Virus record (IMG/VR): IMGVR_UViG_3300007735_000795
Location: 34,767 to 98,766 of that record
Direction: 5' to 3' (one strand)
DNA length: 64,000 nt
Source of the DNA: a virus
Under the pieces are notes generated by a model. That model searched no databases. It was not told the DNA's origin and saw only the letters and a program-made list of their open reading frames with translations. A program made the translations under genes and the position numbers. Below, in pieces: positions 17,092 to 27,472 of this stretch. How positions within the stretch are numbered: position 1 is the first letter of the stretch; every line of letters begins with the position of its first letter.

Positions 17092-17498
17092 TAGTCTTCG
17101 TCTTCTTCACCTTTCCAATCATCATAACTCCAGTCTTCATCTTCTAAACCATCTTCTAAAGTAGCATCCCATTCTTTAAGATCATCTTCATCTTCAATAA
17201 GAATATTTGAATCGTCTTCTGCAAAGGCAAATTCTTCTTCTTCCTCTTGTGTTTTTTTCTTTTTAGGTTTGGGATTAGACTGTTTTCTAAAGTTTTTTTC
17301 TGCTTCTTGAATTTTGTCATACACCTCTCTGTCCACAGCATACGTTTCAATCCATGTATGATCACCTTCCCCCATTTGAACCACCATTGCCACTTTCTTT
17401 TCAGCAGTTGAATGCTGAGTACATGTTTGGGTGTCTGGGAGGATTTTTATCCTACGTGGGTCAATTACCACATCACATACTTTACATTGTCTACTCAT
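17091..17498 (-). CDS. DksA/TraR-type zinc-finger protein with acidic tail
   Basis: CKVC..I...R...LP.T..CTQH; D/E-rich C-terminus. Confidence 0.7.
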   Translation of the reverse strand: MSRQCKVCDVVIDPRRIKILPDTQTCTQHSTAEKKVAMVVQMGEGDHTWIETYAVDREVYDKIQEAEKNFRKQSNPKPKKKKTQEEEEEFAFAEDDSNILIEDEDDLKEWDATLEDGLEDEDWSYDDWKGEEDED

Positions 17499-17877
17499 AA
17501 TTTTGGTTTGCTTTATTTATTTTTTCTATTAAATTCCAAAGTTCAAGGGCTGATTTTAATTTATAAAGTTTTTTCGGTTTACCAGGTATTGTTACTTCTA
17601 GTCCTAGAATAGAACCATCATTGTCGAACCTGTCATATACATACCATAAAACTAAATTAGCTATGTCTTCCCCGTATTTTAAAAAAAGTAAATCTTCAAT
17701 TACATTGTAGTAATGTTCCTCATAAACATAAAAATCAATGTGTAAATGATCATGAAGGAAATTAGTTCGTATCCAGCATTGATCAAGAGTTTCTACTATA
17801 GAAACAAAAATATCTTTTTCTGAGTTTTTATGGTTCTGGTTTATCCTAAGATGAGAACCAAAGTTATTTATGTTCAT
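17491..17877 (-). CDS. hypothetical protein
   Basis: 128 aa ORF. Confidence 0.7.
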   Translation of the reverse strand: MNINNFGSHLRINQNHKNSEKDIFVSIVETLDQCWIRTNFLHDHLHIDFYVYEEHYYNVIEDLLFLKYGEDIANLVLWYVYDRFDNDGSILGLEVTIPGKPKKLYKLKSALELWNLIEKINKANQNYE

Positions 17878-18046
17878 TTTTTACTCCTACTGAATATAGT
17901 TTTATAAAATTTTCCGTACTCATTGCTTTCATTGAAGCAAAATGTATAACAGCTATACCTATTGTGCCTGCGGTGCATGTCCCAATTGGTTCTTGGTATG
18001 CATCCGTGTTTGAATAAAAGTAATAGTCTTTAAATTCGTATTCCAT
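17864..18046 (-). CDS. hypothetical protein
   Basis: 60 aa ORF after class-1-like promoter 18052-18083. Confidence 0.6.
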   Translation of the reverse strand: MEYEFKDYYFYSNTDAYQEPIGTCTAGTIGIAVIHFASMKAMSTENFIKLYSVGVKNEHK

Positions 18047-18078
18047 TGGTGTAAATATAATAACAGAGAATTAAAGAA

Positions 18079-18957
18079 TCAAATTATTTCGTATTCTATT
18101 TCAATGTCTGAAAAACCCCATGTATCTGAATTTTCAGTTTTGTTTTGATAAATTACAGCTCTATATTGATCATTCATTTTTTTATTAACTCCATCTGCTA
18201 TACCACCTCCTCCCCATCCTTTAGAACCATGGTTGATATGAAACATAGGAGGTTCAAATATAGCTTTTAATCCAAAACCATGCATAGCTGCTTTTTTCTG
18301 TACATTTGTATCTGAAAATAAAGCATAAATTAGTTCTTCTTCAAATCCTCTAATTTCATTCCATATATGTTTAGGAGCAAATTGGAAATCACCACAACAG
18401 TTAATTAAACTATAATCATCTCCAGACACTATTTTTTCATATACTTCTCGTTTTTCTGAGTTAATTGAGATATAATCTCTTAATTTATCCCAGTCTTGGT
18501 ATTTTAAGTCACCTCCATGAAATTTTTTAATTTCATCCCATGTTGTTTCTCTTCTACTAAGAGTGATCATTGTATTATCACCATTGATTTTAATGATATT
18601 TTCAACATCTTCTCTTTTAGGATGTATAATATCAATATTAGTAGAAACAATCCAATCACCTTCAGCTCGTCTAATACCAATATTACGTCCTAATACTTCA
18701 CAACATTTTTGAGCATCAGGATCATGATATGTTAAATAAGAGGTTGCTGAAGGTGGAATTACAAAATGTTTTAGATTACCTTTTAATTGAAGATTATCTT
18801 TAACATCATAAAGTAAACTATGAGTCTCTGAATTCCAGTCAACATATATTACTTCATCATAGGTATGGATAGCTGAGTTAAGGGCATATGTGGCTCTTTC
18901 TAAAAGATTACCACCATAATTATCATTTCTTGATACTACTACTGCTGATATTTTCAT
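18079..18957 (-). CDS. glycosyltransferase (GT-A fold)
   Basis: VVSRND, VDWNS, RNIGIRRAEGDWIVSTNID, GFEE. Confidence 0.8.
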   Translation of the reverse strand: MKISAVVVSRNDNYGGNLLERATYALNSAIHTYDEVIYVDWNSETHSLLYDVKDNLQLKGNLKHFVIPPSATSYLTYHDPDAQKCCEVLGRNIGIRRAEGDWIVSTNIDIIHPKREDVENIIKINGDNTMITLSRRETTWDEIKKFHGGDLKYQDWDKLRDYISINSEKREVYEKIVSGDDYSLINCCGDFQFAPKHIWNEIRGFEEELIYALFSDTNVQKKAAMHGFGLKAIFEPPMFHINHGSKGWGGGGIADGVNKKMNDQYRAVIYQNKTENSDTWGFSDIEIEYEII

Positions 18958-18958
18958 A

Positions 18959-19735
18959 TTAATCTTGTTTTATATTCCATTTATTTTTAATAACATCAAT
19001 TTGGTTTAAACTTACTTGGTATTTTTCATTATCAGGATGAATTAAAATACAATCTTCATTATTTCCAATAAAATATCTATAGTTTTTATACCCCATATTT
19101 TTTAGAAAGTTTAAAGCTTTTTTATCTATTTCTGTATTACTATTTTCTAATAAAACAACAGGTTTATTTTTATTTAAAGTTTCTTTAGCTCCTAAAAAAG
19201 CATAATATTCATATCCTTGTATATCTATTTTGATTAGATCAGGATTGATATTTATTGAATCTAAAGGTATGACTTCTATTTGATCATGTTCTCTAATTTC
19301 ATTTGAATTATATGAGGCTTCTTTATGTTCAATTCCTCTTCCTCCCCAGTTATAACATCCATTACCAACCCAGCTTTCATTTTCAATATCCCACATCTGT
19401 TGTATTTCATTTTTTTCACCTAAAGCTAATCTGTAAGGTATTACTGTGTTGTCTAAATCATTAAATAATATGTTAGTACATAGCTGGTTATATATCATAG
19501 GTTGGGGTTCAAATGCGTGGACTTTTTTGGTTAATCTTCCAAATTGGACAGCATGAAATCCTAAATTTGCCCCAGCATCTATACAAATATCATCTTTAGT
19601 TAATATATTAGAGTAAAAATCATATAAATGGGATTCCCATGATTTATATCGAAGGATATTAATTCCTATAAGATCATATTCATTAACTAAAAAATTACCA
19701 AGATTAGTTTGTACTATTTCAAATGATTTATTCAT
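18959..19735 (-). CDS. FkbM-family SAM methyltransferase
   Basis: IDAGANLG, AFEP, IKIDIQGYE. Confidence 0.92.
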   Translation of the reverse strand: MNKSFEIVQTNLGNFLVNEYDLIGINILRYKSWESHLYDFYSNILTKDDICIDAGANLGFHAVQFGRLTKKVHAFEPQPMIYNQLCTNILFNDLDNTVIPYRLALGEKNEIQQMWDIENESWVGNGCYNWGGRGIEHKEASYNSNEIREHDQIEVIPLDSININPDLIKIDIQGYEYYAFLGAKETLNKNKPVVLLENSNTEIDKKALNFLKNMGYKNYRYFIGNNEDCILIHPDNEKYQVSLNQIDVIKNKWNIKQD

Positions 19736-20561
19736 TATAATATTTTTTAAAGTTATTCCAAAAATTTTCCGCTATGTTTTCTTTATCTAAAAGTATTCCA
19801 CCTAAATGATATATCATAGCTTCATTCACGAATTCAAAAGTGTTTATTAATTTAGTGAATTCATTCCAATCCTCCCAAAATATCCATCCTCTTTTGCCTG
19901 GGTATATATAAGATAATTGGAGGTTAAATATTTTAGAAATCCAACTTATTTTATCAGAATATAATTCTTGTAAAGCAATACAAACCGCAGTATTATCCAT
20001 AGCATCTAATCTTTTTCCTCCTTCCTTGCCTATTCCTTTAACATGACAATTTATATCTTTTTCTTTATAGTAATATTCCCTATAAGGAATTAAAGCAGTT
20101 TGAAAATCTTTAAGATATTCAGCTTTCATTGAAACAAATCCAGCGTTAAAGAATCCTTTAACAAAAGAATATATTTTAGGATTAAAATCTAACCATTGAT
20201 TAAAATGATAAGGAGGTGTTCCTGTTCCTGATTGGTCAGAAACTACAGCTATTTCAATGTTATTTTCATCAAAGATCTTATTGAAATCAAAAGCATCCCA
20301 TCTAATTATAGTATCAGCATCTATAAATGTTACTCTATTATATTCCAATGGTGAAAAGTCAACTTCTAACCATCTATCATAACACATAGCAGCATAATCA
20401 AATTCATTAGTATCATTTATATATTTATCTCCTTCAATTAAGTGAAGATATATATTGTATTTATCACAATAAAATTTCCATGTGTTAATACAAGCACTAT
20501 ATTCTTTACTTTTTAATAAAGAATTATAGGTTGCTATTACTATAGCGTTTTTTTTACTCAT
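19728..20561 (-). CDS. glycosyltransferase (GT8-like, DxD)
   Basis: FIDADT, FNAGF, YH motifs. Confidence 0.75.
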   Translation of the reverse strand: MSKKNAIVIATYNSLLKSKEYSACINTWKFYCDKYNIYLHLIEGDKYINDTNEFDYAAMCYDRWLEVDFSPLEYNRVTFIDADTIIRWDAFDFNKIFDENNIEIAVVSDQSGTGTPPYHFNQWLDFNPKIYSFVKGFFNAGFVSMKAEYLKDFQTALIPYREYYYKEKDINCHVKGIGKEGGKRLDAMDNTAVCIALQELYSDKISWISKIFNLQLSYIYPGKRGWIFWEDWNEFTKLINTFEFVNEAMIYHLGGILLDKENIAENFWNNFKKYYNE

Positions 20562-20575
20562 TTTGAAACTAAATT

Positions 20576-21142
20576 TTATTTAAATCTCAAAGCCATAATT
20601 TCATCTATATTATTCACATTCATTCTTAAATCTAAGATATGCATGTTATTAAGTTGTTTTTTTAAATAAAAAAGATTCATACAATAATTTTCTAAAATAT
20701 CTTCACATACTAACACACCTCCCTCATTTAAAAGAGAATAATAGTTTCTTAAAAAATATTCTTGAGACTCCCAAGTATGAGGTCCATCATCTATAATAAT
20801 ATCAAACATCCCCTCCTTTTCTATAAGCATATCAATCATATCTTTAGTATAAGCATCATACTCAGAACCAGCATATAAAGTTACTTTATCATTAGGAATA
20901 GATCCTTTATATATTTGATTATCAAGTCCTACATATTTTTCTACATAAGATATGTTTGAAAAAGGACCTACAGATCCTTCTCCAAATAAACTAACTCCTA
21001 TTTCTAACACTTTAAGAGGTCTATTAAATTTTAAGTATTGAGAATTAAAAATTAAATCATATACTATTCCGTATTGATGAGTGGTATTCTTATCAGAAGT
21101 ACCAGTTAAAAGAATTTTTCCTACATTACAATAATTTTCCAT
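20576..21142 (-). CDS. class I SAM methyltransferase (sugar O-methyltransferase-like)
   Basis: VLEIGV, FDIIIDDGPH, GGVLVCED. Confidence 0.85.
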   Translation of the reverse strand: MENYCNVGKILLTGTSDKNTTHQYGIVYDLIFNSQYLKFNRPLKVLEIGVSLFGEGSVGPFSNISYVEKYVGLDNQIYKGSIPNDKVTLYAGSEYDAYTKDMIDMLIEKEGMFDIIIDDGPHTWESQEYFLRNYYSLLNEGGVLVCEDILENYCMNLFYLKKQLNNMHILDLRMNVNNIDEIMALRFK

Positions 21143-21158
21143 ATTATTTTATTTTTTA

Positions 21159-22166
21159 TCATTTATTTTTTAAGTAATTAATAACTTCATTAACTGATTC
21201 TTCTAATGAGATTTTAGCTTCAAATCCTAATACTTCTTTTGCTTTAGTCACATCTGGGATTCGTTTTTGAACATCATATTCAAATGGCTCATCATGAATA
21301 ATTTTAAATTCTTCATTTGGGTTAATAGTGTTCCATACTATTTTAGCTAATTCTAAAACACTAGTAGATTGAGGAGTAGAGATATTAAAATCTTCATTAA
21401 TAGCCTTTTCAGATTCCATTACCATTCTAATTCCTCTAGCTAAATCTTTACCATTTGTGTAACATCTAACTTGATTTCCTTCTCCTAGAATATGAAGTGG
21501 GTTTTGTCCTTTTAAAACTTTATTAATTAAATCTGGTAGTACATGTGATAACATAAGTTTTATGTTTCCTGATGTTATTTCATGTTCTGAGATAGATTCT
21601 TCTTCTCCAATGCCTACACAATTAAAAGGTCTGACTATTGAATAAGGCAAACCATATTGCTCCCAGGCTCCTTTAGCAAAATATTCAGATGCTAATTTCT
21701 GGAATCCATAAGTTGATGATGGTGGTGGGCAAACTTTTATTTCAGTTTCAGGAGTTGGGTATAAAGTTGTTTCTTCAAATACCATAGAACTTGATAAGAC
21801 AATAATACGTTCCAAATATCCTTCTTTATATCCTTTAATAGCAGCATCAAAGGTTTGAGCTAATATTCTTTCATTTGTAGCTAATAAATCATAAGCAAAT
21901 TTATGAAAATAAGATATACCTCCAATCATAGCAGCACCAGCTATAATCATATCAGGACGCTCTTTATCTACAACATCTAAAAATTCAGATGATAATACAT
22001 CTATATTATAAAGTTTAAAATTAGGATGATTATCATGTGGTCTACTAATTTTACCATATTTTTGATAATTATCAATTCCAATTACTTTATACCCATTATT
22101 TAATAATTCATTGCATATGTAACTTCCAATGAATCCTTGGCTGCCTGTTAATACTATTTTTTTCAT
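21159..22166 (-). CDS. NAD-dependent nucleotide-sugar epimerase/reductase (extended SDR)
   Basis: TGSQGFIG, SSS, YGFQK, RPFN. Confidence 0.92.
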   Translation of the reverse strand: MKKIVLTGSQGFIGSYICNELLNNGYKVIGIDNYQKYGKISRPHDNHPNFKLYNIDVLSSEFLDVVDKERPDMIIAGAAMIGGISYFHKFAYDLLATNERILAQTFDAAIKGYKEGYLERIIVLSSSMVFEETTLYPTPETEIKVCPPPSSTYGFQKLASEYFAKGAWEQYGLPYSIVRPFNCVGIGEEESISEHEITSGNIKLMLSHVLPDLINKVLKGQNPLHILGEGNQVRCYTNGKDLARGIRMVMESEKAINEDFNISTPQSTSVLELAKIVWNTINPNEEFKIIHDEPFEYDVQKRIPDVTKAKEVLGFEAKISLEESVNEVINYLKNK

Positions 22167-22954
22167 AATCTCATTCCTTCAAAAACTGTTTTAGTGAATT
22201 TATTGTTTTCTTTATCTATAATATAAAATAATTCTAAATCTAAGCCTAACTCTTTTACTAAAGAATCTAAAGCTTTAGTATCTTTTGGTAAACACATTCC
22301 AGCGTATCCTCTAAAATTATCATTAACATCTAAATATATATCTTTTGTTGTTCCTCTTTTAATAAAAGCATTTTTAATGTCACTATAATTAACATTTAAC
22401 TTTTGACATATTTCATATACTTCATTAGCAAATGTTATTTTTAAAGCATTATATACATTAGAATAATATTTTAATAGTTCTGCTTCTGTTGGTTTTAATT
22501 GAACAATATTTTTAGGATAATTCCCATGACATTTTTTAACTAAATTAAATATATGTTCTGATTCAGTACCTATAGCTAATAAATCATGATTTTCAGTAAA
22601 ATCAGTTATAGCACATCTTTCTCTAAGAAATTCAGGAACAAAACATATTTTTAAATTAGTTTGTTCAATTAATTTTTGAGTTGTTGTTGGTTTAACTGTT
22701 GATTTTATTGCTATTACTCCTTGATAGTTTAACTCTTTTAAATCTAATACTACTTGTTCAACTATAGAAGTATCACATGATCCATCTTCATTACTAGGAG
22801 TTGGAACACACACATAAATTATTTCACAATTTATAAGATCATTCAATTTAGTTTCCATAATGATATCATGAACTAATACTTTATGTCCTAATTTTTCAAA
22901 ACCAAATTTACAAGCTGAGCCTATAATACCTAAGCCTACTATTCCAATTTTCAT
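22163..22954 (-). CDS. short NDP-sugar 6-dehydrogenase family protein (lacks C-terminal domain)
   Basis: GLGIIG, CVPTP, KST, PEFL, GMCLPKD; only 263 aa. Confidence 0.85.
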   Translation of the reverse strand: MKIGIVGLGIIGSACKFGFEKLGHKVLVHDIIMETKLNDLINCEIIYVCVPTPSNEDGSCDTSIVEQVVLDLKELNYQGVIAIKSTVKPTTTQKLIEQTNLKICFVPEFLRERCAITDFTENHDLLAIGTESEHIFNLVKKCHGNYPKNIVQLKPTEAELLKYYSNVYNALKITFANEVYEICQKLNVNYSDIKNAFIKRGTTKDIYLDVNDNFRGYAGMCLPKDTKALDSLVKELGLDLELFYIIDKENNKFTKTVFEGMRL

Positions 22955-22960
22955 ATTGTT

Positions 22961-23878
22961 TTATTTTTGAGGTAAATTATTTATTCCTTTTTCTAAAAAC
23001 ATCTGCATGTTAGCTTCAAATTTTTGTCTTTGAATTGGTGGGGTAAAATCTGGGATTAGTTTCATAAATTTTCTATAGTATGAATTAAATTCCATTCCTT
23101 TCAAATTCATATCAGCCATATCTAATACAGTTTGGCCTTTTAATAGATACTGTTGGAAATCATATCCTTTATTTTTAGCATACTCACTTAACATCATTGA
23201 ATACCAATCCCAAGGCCCATATCCTTTCCAGTCATCATGTACTGGGCATAGGTTTTCATAGAATTCTTTATTATATAGATCAAACCACCATGCCCATTTA
23301 CTTCTAGAAGTGGGTATTAAAGACATTTCTTCATTGTTTATTTTTAATTGATGTCTAACTTCATAAAGATCATACTTTTCCCATTCAGAATAAGGTACAT
23401 TTAAATAATTAGAATTTGTTATTTCATCCCATGTTGAGTCCCATCTTTTATATATTTGGGGTGTTACAACAAAATATTTGTTTGTTATTACTCTAGTTGA
23501 TTCTATTAATAATGCTAATAAATGTTCACTAAAATAAAAATCAGGACATACACCAATATAATAATCTATTTCAGATGATATGCTTTCTCTTTGTAAATTC
23601 AAATAACCATATATTTCATCTCCTTCATATGTTCGTTTTATATGAGTGTAATTATTTAACAGTAAAGAAATATCATCATATTTAGTTTTAAAAAAATCTT
23701 TAGATAATTGACTTTCATTCCAATTAACAAATTTACTAGATAAATTTAATACTGTTTCTATAATAACATTAGCATCTTTAGGAAGATAATAATATGACTT
23801 TTTCAATTGACTAAAAGTTAATAGAGCATTGTCTATCTCCCAAGGCATTATATGGATTTTTAATTTAATATTCATCAT
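22961..23878 (-). CDS. putative glycosyltransferase-like protein
   Basis: Position in sugar cluster; CPD and GYGPWD motifs. Confidence 0.5.
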   Translation of the reverse strand: MMNIKLKIHIMPWEIDNALLTFSQLKKSYYYLPKDANVIIETVLNLSSKFVNWNESQLSKDFFKTKYDDISLLLNNYTHIKRTYEGDEIYGYLNLQRESISSEIDYYIGVCPDFYFSEHLLALLIESTRVITNKYFVVTPQIYKRWDSTWDEITNSNYLNVPYSEWEKYDLYEVRHQLKINNEEMSLIPTSRSKWAWWFDLYNKEFYENLCPVHDDWKGYGPWDWYSMMLSEYAKNKGYDFQQYLLKGQTVLDMADMNLKGMEFNSYYRKFMKLIPDFTPPIQRQKFEANMQMFLEKGINNLPQK

Positions 23879-25068
23879 ATAATATTAATAAATTTTCCTA
23901 CAAATCCCAAATTTCTTAAATAAGATTCTATTTCAAAAGAAATATGCCAAGCGTTATTTAATATTCCCTTTTCATTTTTTATTGATTCATTATCACTAAT
24001 AATAGGAATACGTGTGCCTGGAATAAAGCAACCAATTTTTAATGATCCTGGTTTCTCATATACACACTCAATATGTTGTTCATTTAATCCTAATAAAGCA
24101 ATAGGAATAGCTGCTCTAGCGGGAAATGCTTTTGCTTTTATTTTTCCATTTTCTTTAATATACTCTAATACTTCATTTCTTTTTTCTTGTTTCCATATTT
24201 TAATAAAATTATTCATTTCATTAAATTTATTAAAAAATCTACTTTCATTATTTAATATTTCTTTTATATTTGAAGGAACAACTTTATGATATTTTTTATC
24301 TCCTATTATAACTCTAATGTTACCACCATATCGAGATGGGAATTCAACTGACAATACATCTAGATTTAATGTTTTAGCAATGTGTATAAAACTATTTAAA
24401 CTATATGTTCTAGGATGTTCATGATAAAATGTATCAAATTGATTTTTATCTAAAACACCTCCTAAATAATGATTTTCAATCACTAATAATGTTTCTGGTT
24501 TAGATACATTAGAAATTGCTTTTAATAAATTGTTTAGATCTTCAATGTGAGCAAACACATTAGTAAAAGTAATTATATCTGCTTTAATATGATTTTCAGC
24601 TAACTCTGGGGTAAAATAATCTTTTACTATGTAATGATGTTTATTAATAGCATCATGAGCAGCATCTGTTGGCTCAACACCAAAAGTAATAGCTCCTTTA
24701 TTTTTAAATATATCTAATAAACTACCATCATTGCATCCAACATCCAGTATATTTTTTCCTTTTAAATCAATAAAATTTATTTCTAAATATTCTACTAGTT
24801 TTTCCATACCTTTTATTACATCAGCTGTAAATCTAGCTCGATAATGGTAATCAGAAGGAAATAGTTTCTTTTTAGGTATTTGATATGTTTGATGTGCTGT
24901 GTAGCATTTTTCACAGTAATGTATATCTATGGGATATTTCTCATTTATATCATTTGAGGTTGTAGGAATTAATTCATCACATATAGGGTGCAATCCAAGA
25001 TCTAACACAGGGGTTAAAGTTTCATTTCCACATACCTCACAGGTGTTTATTCTAATTACATCATTCAT
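23875..25068 (-). CDS. NDP-sugar C-methyltransferase
   Basis: N-terminal CEVCG..LDLG.HP..CEKC Zn domain, DVGCNDG, NVFAH, FDTFYHEH. Confidence 0.9.
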   Translation of the reverse strand: MNDVIRINTCEVCGNETLTPVLDLGLHPICDELIPTTSNDINEKYPIDIHYCEKCYTAHQTYQIPKKKLFPSDYHYRARFTADVIKGMEKLVEYLEINFIDLKGKNILDVGCNDGSLLDIFKNKGAITFGVEPTDAAHDAINKHHYIVKDYFTPELAENHIKADIITFTNVFAHIEDLNNLLKAISNVSKPETLLVIENHYLGGVLDKNQFDTFYHEHPRTYSLNSFIHIAKTLNLDVLSVEFPSRYGGNIRVIIGDKKYHKVVPSNIKEILNNESRFFNKFNEMNNFIKIWKQEKRNEVLEYIKENGKIKAKAFPARAAIPIALLGLNEQHIECVYEKPGSLKIGCFIPGTRIPIISDNESIKNEKGILNNAWHISFEIESYLRNLGFVGKFINII

Positions 25069-26414
25069 ATTTTAGTATATCCAAAGGTTAAGTAATTAAT
25101 ATTTTCTATTTCTATTGTTGTAAATAATCTTTTAGTATCAAATAAGAGTATATTTTTTGCTTTAATTAAAGAAAAATAATTTCTTAATTTTAAATACTCT
25201 AGCCAGTTTGTACCCACTACAATTATATCAGTTGTAGCTATTTCTTTAATCCAATCATCAGTGAAAGTTAAATTAGGATTATTATATTGTTTTTTAGTAT
25301 GTTCAATAGCTATAGGATCATGAGCTACAACTTTAATATTATTTTCTAATAGTGAAGATAATATTTTTAATGAACTAGACTCTCTAATATCATCTGTTTC
25401 AGGTTTAAAAGCTAATCCAAGTAATAAAATATTTTTATTAGTTAAATTATTATATCTTTTTTTAAGCATGTTTATTACTTGAGATGGCTGTTTTTCATTA
25501 GTGTTTAAAACAGCATTAGTCACATTCATGTTTAGTCCTAAACTTTCACCTTGAGTTCTAATAGCTTGAACATCTTTAGGGAAACAACTTCCTCCAAATC
25601 CAGCCCCTGGGGTGAAATAAGCAGATATAGGAGGGGTTATTCTTTTATTTTCAATTATAGGACTCCATCTTTTATCACTAATAACTCCTTTAATAACATC
25701 ATTATAATCAATATTACTAATTTCTGAAGCTAGATTAGCTAGTTCATTATTTATGGAGATTAAATTAGCTAATAAGGTATTATTAGTGTATTTAATCATT
25801 TCAGCAGTTCGAGTATTAGTATAAATTTTATCACAATTCCATGGATAATAAATTTCTTCTAGATATTGTTTTGTAGTTTCATCTTCATAACCTATAACAA
25901 TTCTATCTGGGTTGGTAAAGTCTAATACTGCTTCTCCTTCTTTTAAAAATTCAGGATTCATTCCTAATCCAAACTCACCTAATTTTTTGCCTGATGTTTT
26001 TTCAATAATATTTTTAACAAAAGTATCTGTTGTAGTAGGTATAACTGTGCTTTTTATTATTACTGAAAGGAATTTATTGGATTCTTTAATGTAGTTTCCT
26101 ATTTCAATACTAGCATTTTTAATTTGAGTTAAATCAATTTTCCCATTTTCAGATGGAGTTCCAACTGCTAATATCACTACATTACTTTGATCTAATGCTT
26201 CACTAATATTAGTAGTAGCTCTAAAGTGATTGTTTTTTATTACTTGATATAATAATAATTCTAATCCGTTTTCATATATATGTAAAATACCTTTATTAAG
26301 ATTTTCAACTATATCTTTACGAAGATCTACACAAGTAACATTATGACCTTTACTAGCCAAACATACTCCTGATACTAGCCCAACATATCCTGTACCTACT
26401 ATTGTTATATTCAT
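25065..26414 (-). CDS. ugd: NDP-glucose 6-dehydrogenase (UDP-glucose/GDP-mannose dehydrogenase family)
   Basis: GTGYVG, AVGTP, KST, NPEFLKEG, GFGGSCFPKD, GLAFKPETDD.RES. Confidence 0.93.
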   Translation of the reverse strand: MNITIVGTGYVGLVSGVCLASKGHNVTCVDLRKDIVENLNKGILHIYENGLELLLYQVIKNNHFRATTNISEALDQSNVVILAVGTPSENGKIDLTQIKNASIEIGNYIKESNKFLSVIIKSTVIPTTTDTFVKNIIEKTSGKKLGEFGLGMNPEFLKEGEAVLDFTNPDRIVIGYEDETTKQYLEEIYYPWNCDKIYTNTRTAEMIKYTNNTLLANLISINNELANLASEISNIDYNDVIKGVISDKRWSPIIENKRITPPISAYFTPGAGFGGSCFPKDVQAIRTQGESLGLNMNVTNAVLNTNEKQPSQVINMLKKRYNNLTNKNILLLGLAFKPETDDIRESSSLKILSSLLENNIKVVAHDPIAIEHTKKQYNNPNLTFTDDWIKEIATTDIIVVGTNWLEYLKLRNYFSLIKAKNILLFDTKRLFTTIEIENINYLTFGYTKI

Positions 26415-27472
26415 TATTGATGATTTTTATAATAATTGTATATTCGAGTTAATCCTTCTTCTAAACTAACTTGAGGATTATATTTTAATAAAGTTTTAGA
26501 TTTAGTAAGGTCAGGACATCTTTTTTGTGGGTTATCTGTTAAATAATTTTTATCAGAACTCACTTTATATTCATATTCAAATTCATCATTCCCTTTAACA
26601 ATTTTAGAAATTGTTTTAGCTAAATCTAACATTGTTATTTCAGGACCATCTGTGCCAATATTAAATGCTTCACCATTATAATCTGAAAGTAACATCTGTA
26701 AATAACCAGTAACAGCGTCTGAAATGTAACAGAATGTTCTTGTCACATGACCATCTGATAAAATTTCTATTTTATTCCCATTTAATATATTACTAAAAAA
26801 ATCAGGAATAACTCTCTTATCTCCAAGTCTTAATCCAGGTCCATAATTGTTAAAAGGTCTAGCTACTTTAATTGGGATACCATATTGTTGATAAAAATTG
26901 ACACAAAGTGTTTCTCCATATCTTTTAGATTCATCATAACAAGCTCTTGGACCTGTACAACTTACATTACCTCTATATGTTTCTTTAGTTGGAATATTCT
27001 CAGGATCAGGATCACCATATATTTCACTTGTTGAGAAAAATAAGAAACTTTCACATGGGTTTTCTTTAACAAAATCTAATAAATTTCTAAGTCCTATTAC
27101 ATTAGCATCCATGGTTTCTATAGGATGTAATCTATAATAAGTTGGAGAAGCAATTGTAGCCGCATGGATAATAAAATCAGATTTTGGAAGAGATGATATC
27201 TTATTAATATCTGCTTCTATAATATCTATATCTTTTCTGTCTTTAATAGATTCATACCAATCTGGTACTCCTCTAATAAAGTTTTCTATAACATATAATT
27301 TACAAGGTTTAGATAATATATTTAAATCATTTAATAATGAAAAATAATAAACAAAATATGTACCTAAAAATCCTCCTCCTCCAGTTAATAGAATATTTTT
27401 TCCTTCAAATCGAGAATTATCTATTCTACTTATAATTTCTTTAATGTCTTGTTCTATAATACTGTCTACCAT
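26414..27472 (-). CDS. NDP-glucuronate decarboxylase (UXS-like SDR)
   Basis: TGGGGFLG, IASP..Y, STSEIYGDP, GPRACYDESKR; likely start MVDSII at 27472. Confidence 0.9.
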   Translation of the reverse strand: MVDSIIEQDIKEIISRIDNSRFEGKNILLTGGGGFLGTYFVYYFSLLNDLNILSKPCKLYVIENFIRGVPDWYESIKDRKDIDIIEADINKISSLPKSDFIIHAATIASPTYYRLHPIETMDANVIGLRNLLDFVKENPCESFLFFSTSEIYGDPDPENIPTKETYRGNVSCTGPRACYDESKRYGETLCVNFYQQYGIPIKVARPFNNYGPGLRLGDKRVIPDFFSNILNGNKIEILSDGHVTRTFCYISDAVTGYLQMLLSDYNGEAFNIGTDGPEITMLDLAKTISKIVKGNDEFEYEYKVSSDKNYLTDNPQKRCPDLTKSKTLLKYNPQVSLEEGLTRIYNYYKNHQ

